From: a virus
Reading direction: 5' to 3' (one strand)
Length of the DNA: 64,000 nt
Virus record (IMG/VR): IMGVR_UViG_3300008113_000108
Span: 32,001-96,000 of that record
Shown here: piece after piece, positions 29,420 to 38,972 of the stretch
How positions within the stretch are numbered: the stretch's first letter is position 1
Layout of the letters: every line of letters begins with the position of its first letter
Made by a program: the position numbers and the translations under genes
The notes under the pieces: model-generated
The model's database searches: none
Told to the model about the DNA's origin: nothing
The model's input: the letters and a program-made list of their open reading frames with translations, nothing else

Positions 29420-30798
29420 TGGATAGAATTGAATCCAAGATTCTTTCAAACTTAATTTATGATGAACGGTACACCAGAAAAGTAATTCCATTTATTAAGG
29501 ACACTTACTTTGAACTTCTATCTGAAAAAATTGTATTTCAGGAAATTCACAACTATGTGATGAAGTATGATGATATTCCTTCCAAGTCTGTTCTCAAAAT
29601 CGAGATCGAGAATCGGAAGGATATCTCAGATGACATTTTTCAGACTTCAGTTAATCTAGTCAATGATCTCAAAGAAGAAAAATTTGATGATCAGTGGCTA
29701 CTAGACACTACTGAAAAATGGTGCAAAGATAGAGCCATTTATTTGGCTCTATTAGAATCAGTTAAAATTGCAGATGGAAAGGATAAGACTAGGAGCAAAG
29801 ATTCCATTCCGTCTATTCTTTCCGATGCACTATCAGTTTCATTTGATGAACACGTTGGTCACGACTACATTTCAGACTCAGAATCCAGATATGATTTTTA
29901 TCACAAAAAAGAAGACAAAATCCCATTCGACATTGAACTCCTCAACAAAATTACAAAAGGTGGTATCCCTAATAAGACTCTCAACGTCGCTCTTGCTGGT
30001 ACGGGTGTCGGGAAAAGTTTATTCATGTGCCACATGGCTAGCTCCGTGCTCTTGCAGGGGCGCAATGTTCTCTACATTACACTTGAAATGGCAGAAGAAC
30101 GCATTGCTGAACGAATTGATGCGAACCTCTTGAATGTAAATATTCAGGATATTATAGATCTCCCCAAATCAACTTACGAATCTAAAGTTAACAAACTAGC
30201 AGAGAAGACCAGAGGCAAGTTGATTATCAAAGAATATCCAACTGCATCTGCTCATGTTGGACATTTCAAATCTCTTCTAACTGATCTCGCATTAAAGAAA
30301 GGATTTAAGCCAGATATCATCTTCATTGATTATCTAAATATCTGTGCATCTTCTCGATACAAAGGAACACTGGTAAACTCTTACACATATGTAAAAGCTA
30401 TTGCCGAAGAGTTACGTGGTCTTGCTGTAGAGTGCAATGTTCCAATTGTATCTGCAACACAAACAACTCGTCAAGGTTATGGCAACACTGATGTAGAGCT
30501 TACTGATACTTCCGAATCCTTTGGTCTTCCTGCTACTGCTGACTTCATGTTTGCTCTTATTAGCACAGAAGAACTTGAAGCTCTAAATCAAATCATGATC
30601 AAGCAGTTAAAAAATCGTTATAACGACCCAACCTCATACAAGAGATTCGTCGTGGGTATTGACAGAGCCAAGATGAAGCTGTATAATGTAGAGGACAGTG
30701 CTCAGAAAAATCTGACTGATTCTGGTCAGAAAGATGATGAGTACGATGAAAAACTATCCAAAAAACAAACTAGATCATTTGAAGGTTTTAAAGTATGA
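29419..30798 (+). CDS. gp41: replicative DNA helicase
   Basis: AGTGVGKS, LEMAEE, IDYLNI, SESFGLPATAD. Confidence 0.96.
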   Translation: MDRIESKILSNLIYDERYTRKVIPFIKDTYFELLSEKIVFQEIHNYVMKYDDIPSKSVLKIEIENRKDISDDIFQTSVNLVNDLKEEKFDDQWLLDTTEKWCKDRAIYLALLESVKIADGKDKTRSKDSIPSILSDALSVSFDEHVGHDYISDSESRYDFYHKKEDKIPFDIELLNKITKGGIPNKTLNVALAGTGVGKSLFMCHMASSVLLQGRNVLYITLEMAEERIAERIDANLLNVNIQDIIDLPKSTYESKVNKLAEKTRGKLIIKEYPTASAHVGHFKSLLTDLALKKGFKPDIIFIDYLNICASSRYKGTLVNSYTYVKAIAEELRGLAVECNVPIVSATQTTRQGYGNTDVELTDTSESFGLPATADFMFALISTEELEALNQIMIKQLKNRYNDPTSYKRFVVGIDRAKMKLYNVEDSAQKNLTDSGQKDDEYDEKLSKKQTRSFEGFKV

Positions 30799-31235
30799 CA
30801 AAAAAGCTAATTAGTCTCAACGCATATCAAGATTTCGTTGGCGATACTACTAGTCTGGCTTCCAGTAATCCAGAAGAATTTGTAAATCGTATCAAAGAAG
30901 TTGAGCGGAAAAATCCAGAGGACAACGTAAATGCTGCTGGTGTTGATCTAAACCGACTTCTGACTGCTGCTATTGGTCTTACTGCTGAGGGTGGTGAGTT
31001 TGCTGAAGTTGTTAAAAAGATTGCTTTCCAGGGCAAACCTTACAATGAACAGTCACGAATTCACATGATCAAAGAGCTTGGTGATGTGATGTGGTATATT
31101 GCACAGGGTTGTATTGCTCTTGGAACTGACATCGAAGAAGTCCTAGAGACCAACGTAGAGAAGCTAACTGCTCGTTATCCTGAAGGAGTATTCCGAGTAT
31201 TCCATTCTGAAAACCGTAAAGAAGGAGATATCTGA
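30795..31235 (+). CDS. mazG: MazG-like nucleotide pyrophosphohydrolase
   Basis: GLTAEGGEFAEVVKK, KELGDVMWY, NVEKL..RYP. Confidence 0.9.
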   Translation: MTKKLISLNAYQDFVGDTTSLASSNPEEFVNRIKEVERKNPEDNVNAAGVDLNRLLTAAIGLTAEGGEFAEVVKKIAFQGKPYNEQSRIHMIKELGDVMWYIAQGCIALGTDIEEVLETNVEKLTARYPEGVFRVFHSENRKEGDI

Positions 31236-31654
31236 TGAACGTGAATGACTGCCTAAGTGATCTCTTTGGGAAAAATTCTACGATGATTTTGTCCGATATT
31301 GATAAGATTAGATCTCTAGGACAGTCATTTAACTTCACAGTTTCTGAACACAAAAAGTTTACAATTGCACTTAGGAATGCTGAAATGTCATTGCGAAAGA
31401 ATTCAGCATTCCTAAATTTTATTTCTAAAAATCAAAACTTTTATTTGTTTGTTGTATTTAAACAATTCATACAAACTGGAAATAAGTTAGATACCTTTGA
31501 AGAGTATTACACTAAATTTGGCACACGATACAAAAACAAAATTTCTACCTACGGATTGCAATTCTTCAAACTATATAAACAAAGTTTTGAAGAACTTTAT
31601 AAAATAGCAAATTATTTGCACACTGCAAAATCTATTGTGACAGTTAGAATTTGA
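31235..31654 (+). CDS. hypothetical protein
   Basis: 139-aa ORF translationally coupled to mazG; very AT-rich. Confidence 0.6.
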   Translation: MNVNDCLSDLFGKNSTMILSDIDKIRSLGQSFNFTVSEHKKFTIALRNAEMSLRKNSAFLNFISKNQNFYLFVVFKQFIQTGNKLDTFEEYYTKFGTRYKNKISTYGLQFFKLYKQSFEELYKIANYLHTAKSIVTVRI

Positions 31655-31686
31655 CCTAAATAATAAATGTAGAACTTTTGTTTTTG

Positions 31687-32871
31687 ATGAAGACATTTAC
31701 ACAATTTATAACAGAAGCAAGAACTCCCGCAGGAAAGGAAGCGGAGAAGAAAGGTCTTGTCCATATGGGCAAGGGTTACTATTCAAATGCCAAGGGAGAG
31801 ATTGTAGCTAAGAGTGAGCAGGGCGGACAGAAGTTAGTTTCTATTTCAAAAGACGAGAAACAAAAATTAAAGAATGGTCAACCTTTAATGGGACCATCTT
31901 CAATGGCAGATGTTCAAAATGCACCTGCTCCACAACAACAATCGCAACCACAAGATGCAACCGCAGAGCCTGATCAGCTAGAGCATGGTCAAGGTCCTGC
32001 GGTTGTTATTACTTTTGGAAGATTTAATCCTCCTTCACTTGGACACGAACAATTAATCAGTGCAGTTCAAGAGCAAGCTGAAGAACTAGAAGCTGAATAT
32101 AGAATATATCCAAGCCGCACATCAGATAAAAAGCAAAATCCTTTAGACTTCAAAACCAAATATAATATTCTCCAGCATGTATTTCCAGATCATGCAGAAA
32201 ATATTATGAATGATCCTGAGAATGGAGATAACATTTACGATATTCTAACCTCACTTCATGACGAAGGATATCATCATGTTATCATTGTGTGCGGTGATGA
32301 GAATGTTCAAAAGTACGAGAAGATTGCTCAAAAGTACAATGGAACTGTTTATGACTTCTATGGAGTAGAAGTTGTCAGTGCAAACATGCAGGATCCTGAC
32401 ACAGATAAGTCAGAAGGAATCACAAGTTCAATGATGCGTAAAGCAGCACTTGAGAACGATTATGAAACTTTCAAGCAAGGGCTTCCTGGAAATGTCAGCA
32501 AAAAAGAGTGCCGTGCAATTTACATGCAGGTAAGAAAATCATTAAACTTGAAAGAAGAACTTTGGAAAATTTCTCCAAGTTTAGATGCCGAGAATCTTCG
32601 TGAAGAATATTATCAGGGTAACATCTTTAAACTTGGAGAAAGAGTAATAGATTCCGTGACTGGTATTGATGGAAAGATTGTTACCAGAGGATCTAATTAT
32701 GTAATCTTTGTCGATGAGCAAAAGAAGATTCATAGAACTTGGATTAAAGATTTAAGTTATCATCCAGGACCATTGGAAATTGGTACGGATGATTATCGAG
32801 AGTATCTTCAGAGAATGCATCCAACAGAACCTGTAAAGTCATTTACTAGAGGCAAACGAAAAGATAAATAA
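31687..32871 (+). CDS. HIGH-motif nucleotidyltransferase (cytidyltransferase/NMNAT-like) with capsid-targeting-like N-terminus
   Basis: TFGRFNPPSLGH, KNPL-like QNPLDF, S.MRKAA; starts MKTFTQFITEA; late promoter upstream. Confidence 0.85.
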   Translation: MKTFTQFITEARTPAGKEAEKKGLVHMGKGYYSNAKGEIVAKSEQGGQKLVSISKDEKQKLKNGQPLMGPSSMADVQNAPAPQQQSQPQDATAEPDQLEHGQGPAVVITFGRFNPPSLGHEQLISAVQEQAEELEAEYRIYPSRTSDKKQNPLDFKTKYNILQHVFPDHAENIMNDPENGDNIYDILTSLHDEGYHHVIIVCGDENVQKYEKIAQKYNGTVYDFYGVEVVSANMQDPDTDKSEGITSSMMRKAALENDYETFKQGLPGNVSKKECRAIYMQVRKSLNLKEELWKISPSLDAENLREEYYQGNIFKLGERVIDSVTGIDGKIVTRGSNYVIFVDEQKKIHRTWIKDLSYHPGPLEIGTDDYREYLQRMHPTEPVKSFTRGKRKDK

Positions 32872-32894
32872 TAATAAATAAGAACTCAATTTAA

Positions 32895-35768
32895 GTGCAG
32901 AATATGGATTTATCTATTGTCTCAAAATTCATGTCTCTCACCCCAGACATGATGTACAAGGCTACAAAAATGGTAGAATCTGCTCAGGCATATTTTCCAG
33001 GTGATGTGGACTCTCAAGAGCAGTATTTGCAAGAGAACTTAATTGACCAAACTCTTGAATACGCTCTAACTCTTCTAGAGGATAAGAAGATTAGAGATTA
33101 CATGGGAGTTGCGGTATATACCAACGGAACCACATTTAGTGCTCCAACTCTAGCTCTTTACAATGTTGCTTCAATGCCAGAAATGAAGCAACGAATCCAA
33201 GCAAAGCTAAATGCTAAGAGTAATGTTCGTAAAGAAGAAACTGAATTAGTTCAAGAGAAGAAAAGACCTAAACTAAAAGGTCGCAAGTTCAATGGCAAGA
33301 ATCCTTGGTGGAATTCTGATGGCGACGACAAACCATATGAGCCAGGTGATGACGTAAAAAAAACTAGAAAAGAAGCAGTAGATTATGTTGCTGAACTTTG
33401 GAAAGGTAGACACGGACAGTCAGAGAAAGAGTATCAAGATAATAGATCTGATGCTGGCAAGAGAATCTCTGGAGACTCTCAAACTGGACCAAACTATTAC
33501 ACCAAGGGTCGTGCTCGTGGAGCTAAACCAGATGCGCCAACAGCACCTGGAGCAAAACCAGTAAATACTCCAAAGCTTAGCTCAAGCGAGAAAGAATATC
33601 ATCAATACAATAAGAGTGGTGCAAAAAATAGAGCACAATATAATAAAGTTGGTGGTTCCAAAGGTCTTCCTGAGGAAGTAAATCTAGTCAATGAAGAGGA
33701 TCCATGTTGGAAAGGATACACTCAAGTTGGAATGAAAAAGAAGGGTGGTCGTGAAGTTCCAAATTGTGTTCCTTCAAAAGGAGTTCCAAAAGCAAAAGGA
33801 TATAAAGCTGAAGAAACTTCAGTAGAAAAAATTGATAGAATTTCTAGAGAAAAGGTAGCTCAAAGAGCTGCCGCCGCAAAGGCAGATAGAGAAAAGAGAG
33901 CACAATCTGCATCACAATTCCAGGCACATAAAAAGGAAGTTCTTGCAAAAGGTGGTCGCCCAGTAGATGCTCTTGATTCCTGGCAAAGGAAAAAGATGGC
34001 TGCTGCAAAAACAAATGAAGAACTTGCAGAATTTGCTGCAGATTATTTCATTGCAGAGGGTCTCAATGAGTATGGTATTGATATTCTAATTGAAGATCTA
34101 GGCATTGATGCTTTCTGTGATTATATTGAAGTTCTTGCAGAAGAAGAGGAAGTTCTTCTAGAGTGGAGAAGAGGTGCAGGCGGAACTAAAGTTCGTGGAT
34201 CTGGAACTTCAAAATCTGGTAAGTCAATTGGTTCATTAAAAGGTGGTGCTAAGGCATCTGCTATTCGTGGAACTGCAGAGCATAAGGCAAGAAAAGCAGA
34301 AAAGGCAAAGGAATCAAGTAAGTCATCTGGAATGGCTGCAGCACTGAAGAGTCAATCTAAAGTTGCTAATGCCAAGAAATCACAGCCAGCAACAAAATCA
34401 ACACCCACACAAACAAAAGAAAAATCAAAAGGTGGAATTCTCGGTGCTCTCAGAGCTAGAGCAGAAAGAGATACTGCACTTCTGAAAAAATCAGTAGATA
34501 CAGCTAGAAAAGTAGGAGCTAGACGTGCAGCGGAAGTTAAAGCAACTTATGATGCAGTTAGAGAAAGGGGTAAAAAGGCTGAACAATCTGCATCAGCAAC
34601 TAGAGCAAGAAGAAAAGCAACTGTCGCAGCAGGTAGAGCGGCTCAGGCTGCAGGTAGAACTGCAGTCAAAGCTGCAGGAGCTGCAGGAGCAGCTGCGGGA
34701 TCAGCAGTAGCAGCTAAAAAGGCTGGCAAGTCAAACGCTGCTGCAGCAGGCAGAGCTGCTGGAACCTTTGTCAAGAAAATGACCAAGGAAGAAAAGGAAC
34801 TACTCACACATTATTTCATTGAATCTGAAATTGCATTTAACTATGATGAAGTTCAAGAGATCTTTGAATCACTTGATCAGGAGCACTTTGACTACTACAT
34901 CGAAAAAGCGATGATGATGGTAGAAGAATCTGAGCCATCAGCTCTAGAAATCATTCAAGAAAAACTAGGCACAGTATTCGGAGCCTCAGATTTTAACTTC
35001 TCAGATTGGAGACATCTAACCGAGAAGACTTCTGATGACGATTCTACTGGAAAATTTGTAAGACTAACACAAAACAATAGAACTGATAATACTCCAGATG
35101 TAAAGGGCAAAAGAAAGGATGGTGTAATTATCAATCCTCAAGTTGATATGAGAAGAGAAGAAGTTGAGCCAATTGAAGAGAAAGCTCCTCCAGGTGCTAA
35201 GTATGAGAGAATGGTTAAGCATATCAAGAAAGGTTATTCTGAAGGTGGGCTAACCAAAAAAGAAAAGAGCATTGCTTATGCTACTGCATGGAAAGCAAAA
35301 AACAAACAGCAGCAAGAGCAAGCTGATCCACAAGCTGCAAAAACAGCAGCTAAGAATCAGCAACAAATGAAGGCTCAAGATCAAATGAGAAGAAAGCAGC
35401 TAATGCTTCAGCAGCAAAGACTTCAAATGCAAAAGCAAGGAAAACTTCCAACAGGTCATACCATGGAAGAAGTCGAGCACGTAGATGAAGCAACTAGATA
35501 CTCAAAGGAAACAGGTAAGAGCTTTAGAACTGGTAAGCCAGTTGTAAAAGGTGGAAGTGCTAAGAATGACAAAGCATTTCAAATGATTTCCAAAATGATG
35601 GGATCTAGCAGAGCTGGCACTCAACCAAGAGGACAGAAAAAAGAGCCAGGTAAAAAGCCACCAGAAGCAGGTAAGTATGGCGGTCCTCAATCTCCAGCAC
35701 AAAAAGTAGCTGCTCGCCGTGCTGCTGCTCAGAGAGCAAAAGACATGATGCATTCAAGATTCGACTAA
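32895..35768 (+). CDS. large modular late protein, candidate internal head polyprotein
   Basis: 957 aa of alternating acidic and Lys/Ala/Arg-rich segments with repeated X-E-E junctions; double late promoter upstream. Confidence 0.85.
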   Translation: MQNMDLSIVSKFMSLTPDMMYKATKMVESAQAYFPGDVDSQEQYLQENLIDQTLEYALTLLEDKKIRDYMGVAVYTNGTTFSAPTLALYNVASMPEMKQRIQAKLNAKSNVRKEETELVQEKKRPKLKGRKFNGKNPWWNSDGDDKPYEPGDDVKKTRKEAVDYVAELWKGRHGQSEKEYQDNRSDAGKRISGDSQTGPNYYTKGRARGAKPDAPTAPGAKPVNTPKLSSSEKEYHQYNKSGAKNRAQYNKVGGSKGLPEEVNLVNEEDPCWKGYTQVGMKKKGGREVPNCVPSKGVPKAKGYKAEETSVEKIDRISREKVAQRAAAAKADREKRAQSASQFQAHKKEVLAKGGRPVDALDSWQRKKMAAAKTNEELAEFAADYFIAEGLNEYGIDILIEDLGIDAFCDYIEVLAEEEEVLLEWRRGAGGTKVRGSGTSKSGKSIGSLKGGAKASAIRGTAEHKARKAEKAKESSKSSGMAAALKSQSKVANAKKSQPATKSTPTQTKEKSKGGILGALRARAERDTALLKKSVDTARKVGARRAAEVKATYDAVRERGKKAEQSASATRARRKATVAAGRAAQAAGRTAVKAAGAAGAAAGSAVAAKKAGKSNAAAAGRAAGTFVKKMTKEEKELLTHYFIESEIAFNYDEVQEIFESLDQEHFDYYIEKAMMMVEESEPSALEIIQEKLGTVFGASDFNFSDWRHLTEKTSDDDSTGKFVRLTQNNRTDNTPDVKGKRKDGVIINPQVDMRREEVEPIEEKAPPGAKYERMVKHIKKGYSEGGLTKKEKSIAYATAWKAKNKQQQEQADPQAAKTAAKNQQQMKAQDQMRRKQLMLQQQRLQMQKQGKLPTGHTMEEVEHVDEATRYSKETGKSFRTGKPVVKGGSAKNDKAFQMISKMMGSSRAGTQPRGQKKEPGKKPPEAGKYGGPQSPAQKVAARRAAAQRAKDMMHSRFD

Positions 35769-35802
35769 AATAAATAGAAGTGAATCCTTTCTGGAGAAAA
35801 TC

Positions 35803-35976
35803 ATGGGAGCATTAGTAGAAGTAGTAAAGCCACTACTACTTGCAGCAATGAATAGCTGCCACACTAAAAAACTAGTATGTGAACTACTTGATCGCTATGT
35901 AAACACCACTGATAATGATATTGATAATGTACTAGCAGCAACAGTAAGAACTGCACTTCTAAAGAATTGTAAGTGA
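35803..35976 (+). CDS. 57-aa hypothetical late protein (not in track)
   Basis: MGALVEVVKPLLL...TTDNDIDN; SD GGAG and late promoter. Confidence 0.7.
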   Translation: MGALVEVVKPLLLAAMNSCHTKKLVCELLDRYVNTTDNDIDNVLAATVRTALLKNCK

Positions 35977-36125
35977 TTGAATGTTTGCTGGTAAACTGGG
36001 GAGTGAGTCTAGTATTAGCTTTGCTCCTCAGCTTCTCTGAGTACCTTGGCAAGACAAAGAGATTTAAAGAAAATAGTATAATAGATTTTAGTAAAAACAC
36101 TATAAGACGTATGCTGGGGAGGTAA
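35973..36125 (+). CDS. 50-aa small membrane protein (not in track)
   Basis: GTG overlapping the previous stop; hydrophobic WGVSLVLALLLSFSEYL; ends at a terminator hairpin. Confidence 0.55.
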   Translation: MIECLLVNWGVSLVLALLLSFSEYLGKTKRFKENSIIDFSKNTIRRMLGR

Positions 36126-36176
36126 CTCCCCATTTTTTATAAATATTAATAGAATAAAAATTCAAGAGGGGTTTAA

Positions 36177-36815
36177 ATGTCTCTATACGGAAGAACTGAT
36201 TCTACTGCAAACGTAAATAAAGCAAAGAATGCTGTTGGTATTCCTGCTTCTAACTCCGCTGGCGGTGGTCCTAATTCAGTAACCAAAAGTTTTGTTTTTG
36301 TAGATAATACTGAAGCACAACTAAATGAAAACAAAGTTCGTGGTATTACTGGTCCTGGTTGGTGGGCATATAGCACATATACTGATGCCGCAGGAAATAC
36401 TCGTCATAAAGCTGAGCATCTAGTTTTCATCTCTAACCCAGATACCAACGCAAACGAAACTCAGACTGATGATACTATTGCAGCAGACGTTGCATCAGCA
36501 GTAACAATCAACGTTGCATATCCACAGAATGCTACTACATCATCTGGTGGTGCAACATTTACAGTTAATGGTCAAACCACCACAACTGGAACTCCAGGAA
36601 CTCTTGTTTATCAGTGGCAAGTACAAACTGCAACTGGAACACGTTGGACCAATGTTACCAACACTGGAATCTACACAGGTGCTACAACTCACACTCTAAC
36701 TCTAACTGGTGCTACTTCAACAGTTACTGGTTATAAGTATAGAGTAAAGATCACATCTGCTGGTGGTACTGAGGAAGTTATTTCTAGAACTGCAACTCTA
36801 ACATTTGGCACCTGA
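36177..36815 (+). CDS. virion structural protein with C-terminal Ig-like domain
   Basis: GPGWWAYSTYTD..G..RHKAE.LV, YQWQ...W, YKYRVKI; late promoter. Confidence 0.75.
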   Translation: MSLYGRTDSTANVNKAKNAVGIPASNSAGGGPNSVTKSFVFVDNTEAQLNENKVRGITGPGWWAYSTYTDAAGNTRHKAEHLVFISNPDTNANETQTDDTIAADVASAVTINVAYPQNATTSSGGATFTVNGQTTTTGTPGTLVYQWQVQTATGTRWTNVTNTGIYTGATTHTLTLTGATSTVTGYKYRVKITSAGGTEEVISRTATLTFGT

Positions 36816-36821
36816 TAAAAT

Positions 36822-37184
36822 ATGAGATTTACTGAATTGAATGAAGATAACTTTTTGTTATTTGCAATAAAACATTATGACAATCCAAATGCAATGACAA
36901 AAGATGATTTTTTTGAAGACCTAAAACGTTTTAAGTATATTAAAAGATTACTGAAACGATTTGATAAAACGGGGATTCTCAAAACTCATCTTTTGTTAAA
37001 TCATATTATAGTTGTTTATAATATATTTGGCGATGCAGCTACACCAATATTATTCTTTAAAATAGAACAACAGTATTGGAAGTACTTGAAATCTTTTATG
37101 TTGTTCTTGAATAGAATCGAACAAGACACACTTTCAACTATACAACCTGATTCATATTGTTTAGAGGAACTTAATAAAATATGA
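36822..37184 (+). CDS. conserved T4-like hypothetical protein
   Basis: MRFTELNEDNFLLFAIKHYDNP, HLLLNHII..YN.FG. Confidence 0.8.
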   Translation: MRFTELNEDNFLLFAIKHYDNPNAMTKDDFFEDLKRFKYIKRLLKRFDKTGILKTHLLLNHIIVVYNIFGDAATPILFFKIEQQYWKYLKSFMLFLNRIEQDTLSTIQPDSYCLEELNKI

Positions 37185-37564
37185 ACTACAACGAAGAAGT
37201 TGCTGCGAATAGTGTTGGTACAGGAGCTGCAGTATCTTTACCTCCTAGTGTTGAGCCACCAGGAATTCCTGCTTCCAAAAGAAAAAGGAAAAAACTAAAA
37301 GAGCAAAATTTATTTGAGAGTGGTGGAAAGGTAATTGACCAACTGAAACAGATTTCATTGGCGGGTCAACAAGGTATGGTTATGTTTGACAATGGAGAAA
37401 AGGCTCAAGTTTCTCCTGACAGTGCAAATAAACTAGTTGATTTATATAGAAATTTGAATGCTAGTAATAGAGTCAAGATGATCAAAACTATCAATTCATC
37501 TTCTGCTGGATTTGAAAAGATTTCGACATTTGCATCCTCCAGAGGTTCACAGCCAGTTCAGTAA
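37181..37564 (+). CDS. hypothetical protein with gp23-like processing site
   Basis: Begins MNYNEEVAANS, matching gp23 LSEVAANS. Confidence 0.7.
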   Translation: MNYNEEVAANSVGTGAAVSLPPSVEPPGIPASKRKRKKLKEQNLFESGGKVIDQLKQISLAGQQGMVMFDNGEKAQVSPDSANKLVDLYRNLNASNRVKMIKTINSSSAGFEKISTFASSRGSQPVQ

Positions 37565-37575
37565 CCGAGGGTAAA

Positions 37576-37992
37576 ATGTTTCAAAATTCTTCAACAGAAA
37601 CTAAATTAGCTTTACTTGAAGAAAGACTCAGCGTATACGAGAGGATGATGAAAAAGATCGACTCTGCAATAGAAAAGATAAGTGAAACGAGTCAGACTAT
37701 CAGTAAGATGCTAGCAATACATGACGAGAGAATCGAACAAACCGTGAAGTCGGATGAGATTATAATTAAAATGGTGGAAGAGATAAAGAAGTCTAACACC
37801 ACAGAGCATAAATCTGTACTTGATAGAGTAGAAGAAATTGAAAAAACTGTTGGAGATTTGTTAAAATTCAGATGGCAGGTGGCAGCAATTTCGGGGGTGG
37901 TTGTGCTAGTTGTCGGACTGGTCGTACCCTTTATTGACAACATGGTGGGAATGCACTATAATGGGGGGACTGAGCAGCCCTCCACTAAATGA
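37576..37992 (+). CDS. coiled-coil protein with C-terminal transmembrane helix
   Basis: Heptad-rich N-terminus, then FRWQVAAISGVVVLVVGLVVPFI. Confidence 0.75.
   Translation: MFQNSSTETKLALLEERLSVYERMMKKIDSAIEKISETSQTISKMLAIHDERIEQTVKSDEIIIKMVEEIKKSNTTEHKSVLDRVEEIEKTVGDLLKFRWQVAAISGVVVLVVGLVVPFIDNMVGMHYNGGTEQPSTK
37934..37962 (+). promoter_or_regulatory. early promoter for gp61-nrdAB, inside upstream CDS
   Basis: TTGACA-17-TATAAT. Confidence 0.85.
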
Positions 37993-38972
37993 GTTACATT
38001 GACACCAAATACATTAACCTCATTTCTATTCGTCTAGAAAAATTTTCAAGAAAAAAAGATAACCTATACAACTTTCGTTGTCCCTACTGTGGCGATTCTG
38101 CGAAGAACAAGAATCGTGCAAGAGGGTTTTTCTTTCTGATGAAATCGGATATGGTGTATAAGTGCCATAACTGTGGAGTTGGAAGGAGTCTTGCAAACTT
38201 CCTAAAGGATATGGATGTAACTCTCCATGATGAATATGTCATGGAAAGATTTAAGTCTGGGCTAACTGGACGAGGATCTAATACAGCAAATCCAAAGATG
38301 ATGGAGTTCAAGAAACCTGTGTTTATTAAAACACCGCTGTCCGAACTCCAAAAGATATCAGAACTAAATAATTCACACCCAGCAAAAGAATACCTTCTCA
38401 AAAGACAAATTCCAGAAAAATATCTTTCTAAGTTCTATTACGCAGAGGATTTTCATGCTTGGGCCAAAACAGAGAATTCAATCAAAGAGTCCAGAATCGT
38501 CATCCCACTCATGTCCAAAAGTGGAAAGCTTTTTGGATTTCAGGGGCGGGCTCTTGACAAAAATTCAAAACTACGCTATATTACTACCATCCTGGATGAC
38601 AAGTACGTTAAACTATTTGGACTTGATACTGTAGACTTCGATAAAACCATCTATGTAACAGAGGGTCCATTCGACTCTCTTTTTCTGTCTAATGCTATCG
38701 CCATGTGCGGATCAGACATTTACCTAGATAAAAACATCTACAAAGATCGAGTATTCATTTTAGACAATGAGCCACGCAACGTACAAATCGTTAACAAGTA
38801 TGACAAGCTTATTGATGCAGGAGAAAAAGTGGTAGTATGGCCAAGTACCATAAAAGAAAAAGATATTAACGATATGGTTATTGCTGGACTCAACCCACAG
38901 CAGATAATCGAACAAAACACATTTCAAGGGTTGGAAGCTAAAGTTCAATTTACTACATGGAAGAAAGTATGA
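37989..38972 (+). CDS. gp61: DNA primase
   Basis: CPYCGDS...CHNC zinc finger, TEGPFDS, DNEPRN, KDINDM. Confidence 0.95.
   Translation: MSYIDTKYINLISIRLEKFSRKKDNLYNFRCPYCGDSAKNKNRARGFFFLMKSDMVYKCHNCGVGRSLANFLKDMDVTLHDEYVMERFKSGLTGRGSNTANPKMMEFKKPVFIKTPLSELQKISELNNSHPAKEYLLKRQIPEKYLSKFYYAEDFHAWAKTENSIKESRIVIPLMSKSGKLFGFQGRALDKNSKLRYITTILDDKYVKLFGLDTVDFDKTIYVTEGPFDSLFLSNAIAMCGSDIYLDKNIYKDRVFILDNEPRNVQIVNKYDKLIDAGEKVVVWPSTIKEKDINDMVIAGLNPQQIIEQNTFQGLEAKVQFTTWKKV

Noticed and set aside
34500-34790. GCTGCAGGA/GCAGC repeats
   Set aside because: Consequence of Ala/Gly-rich coding, not a DNA repeat element
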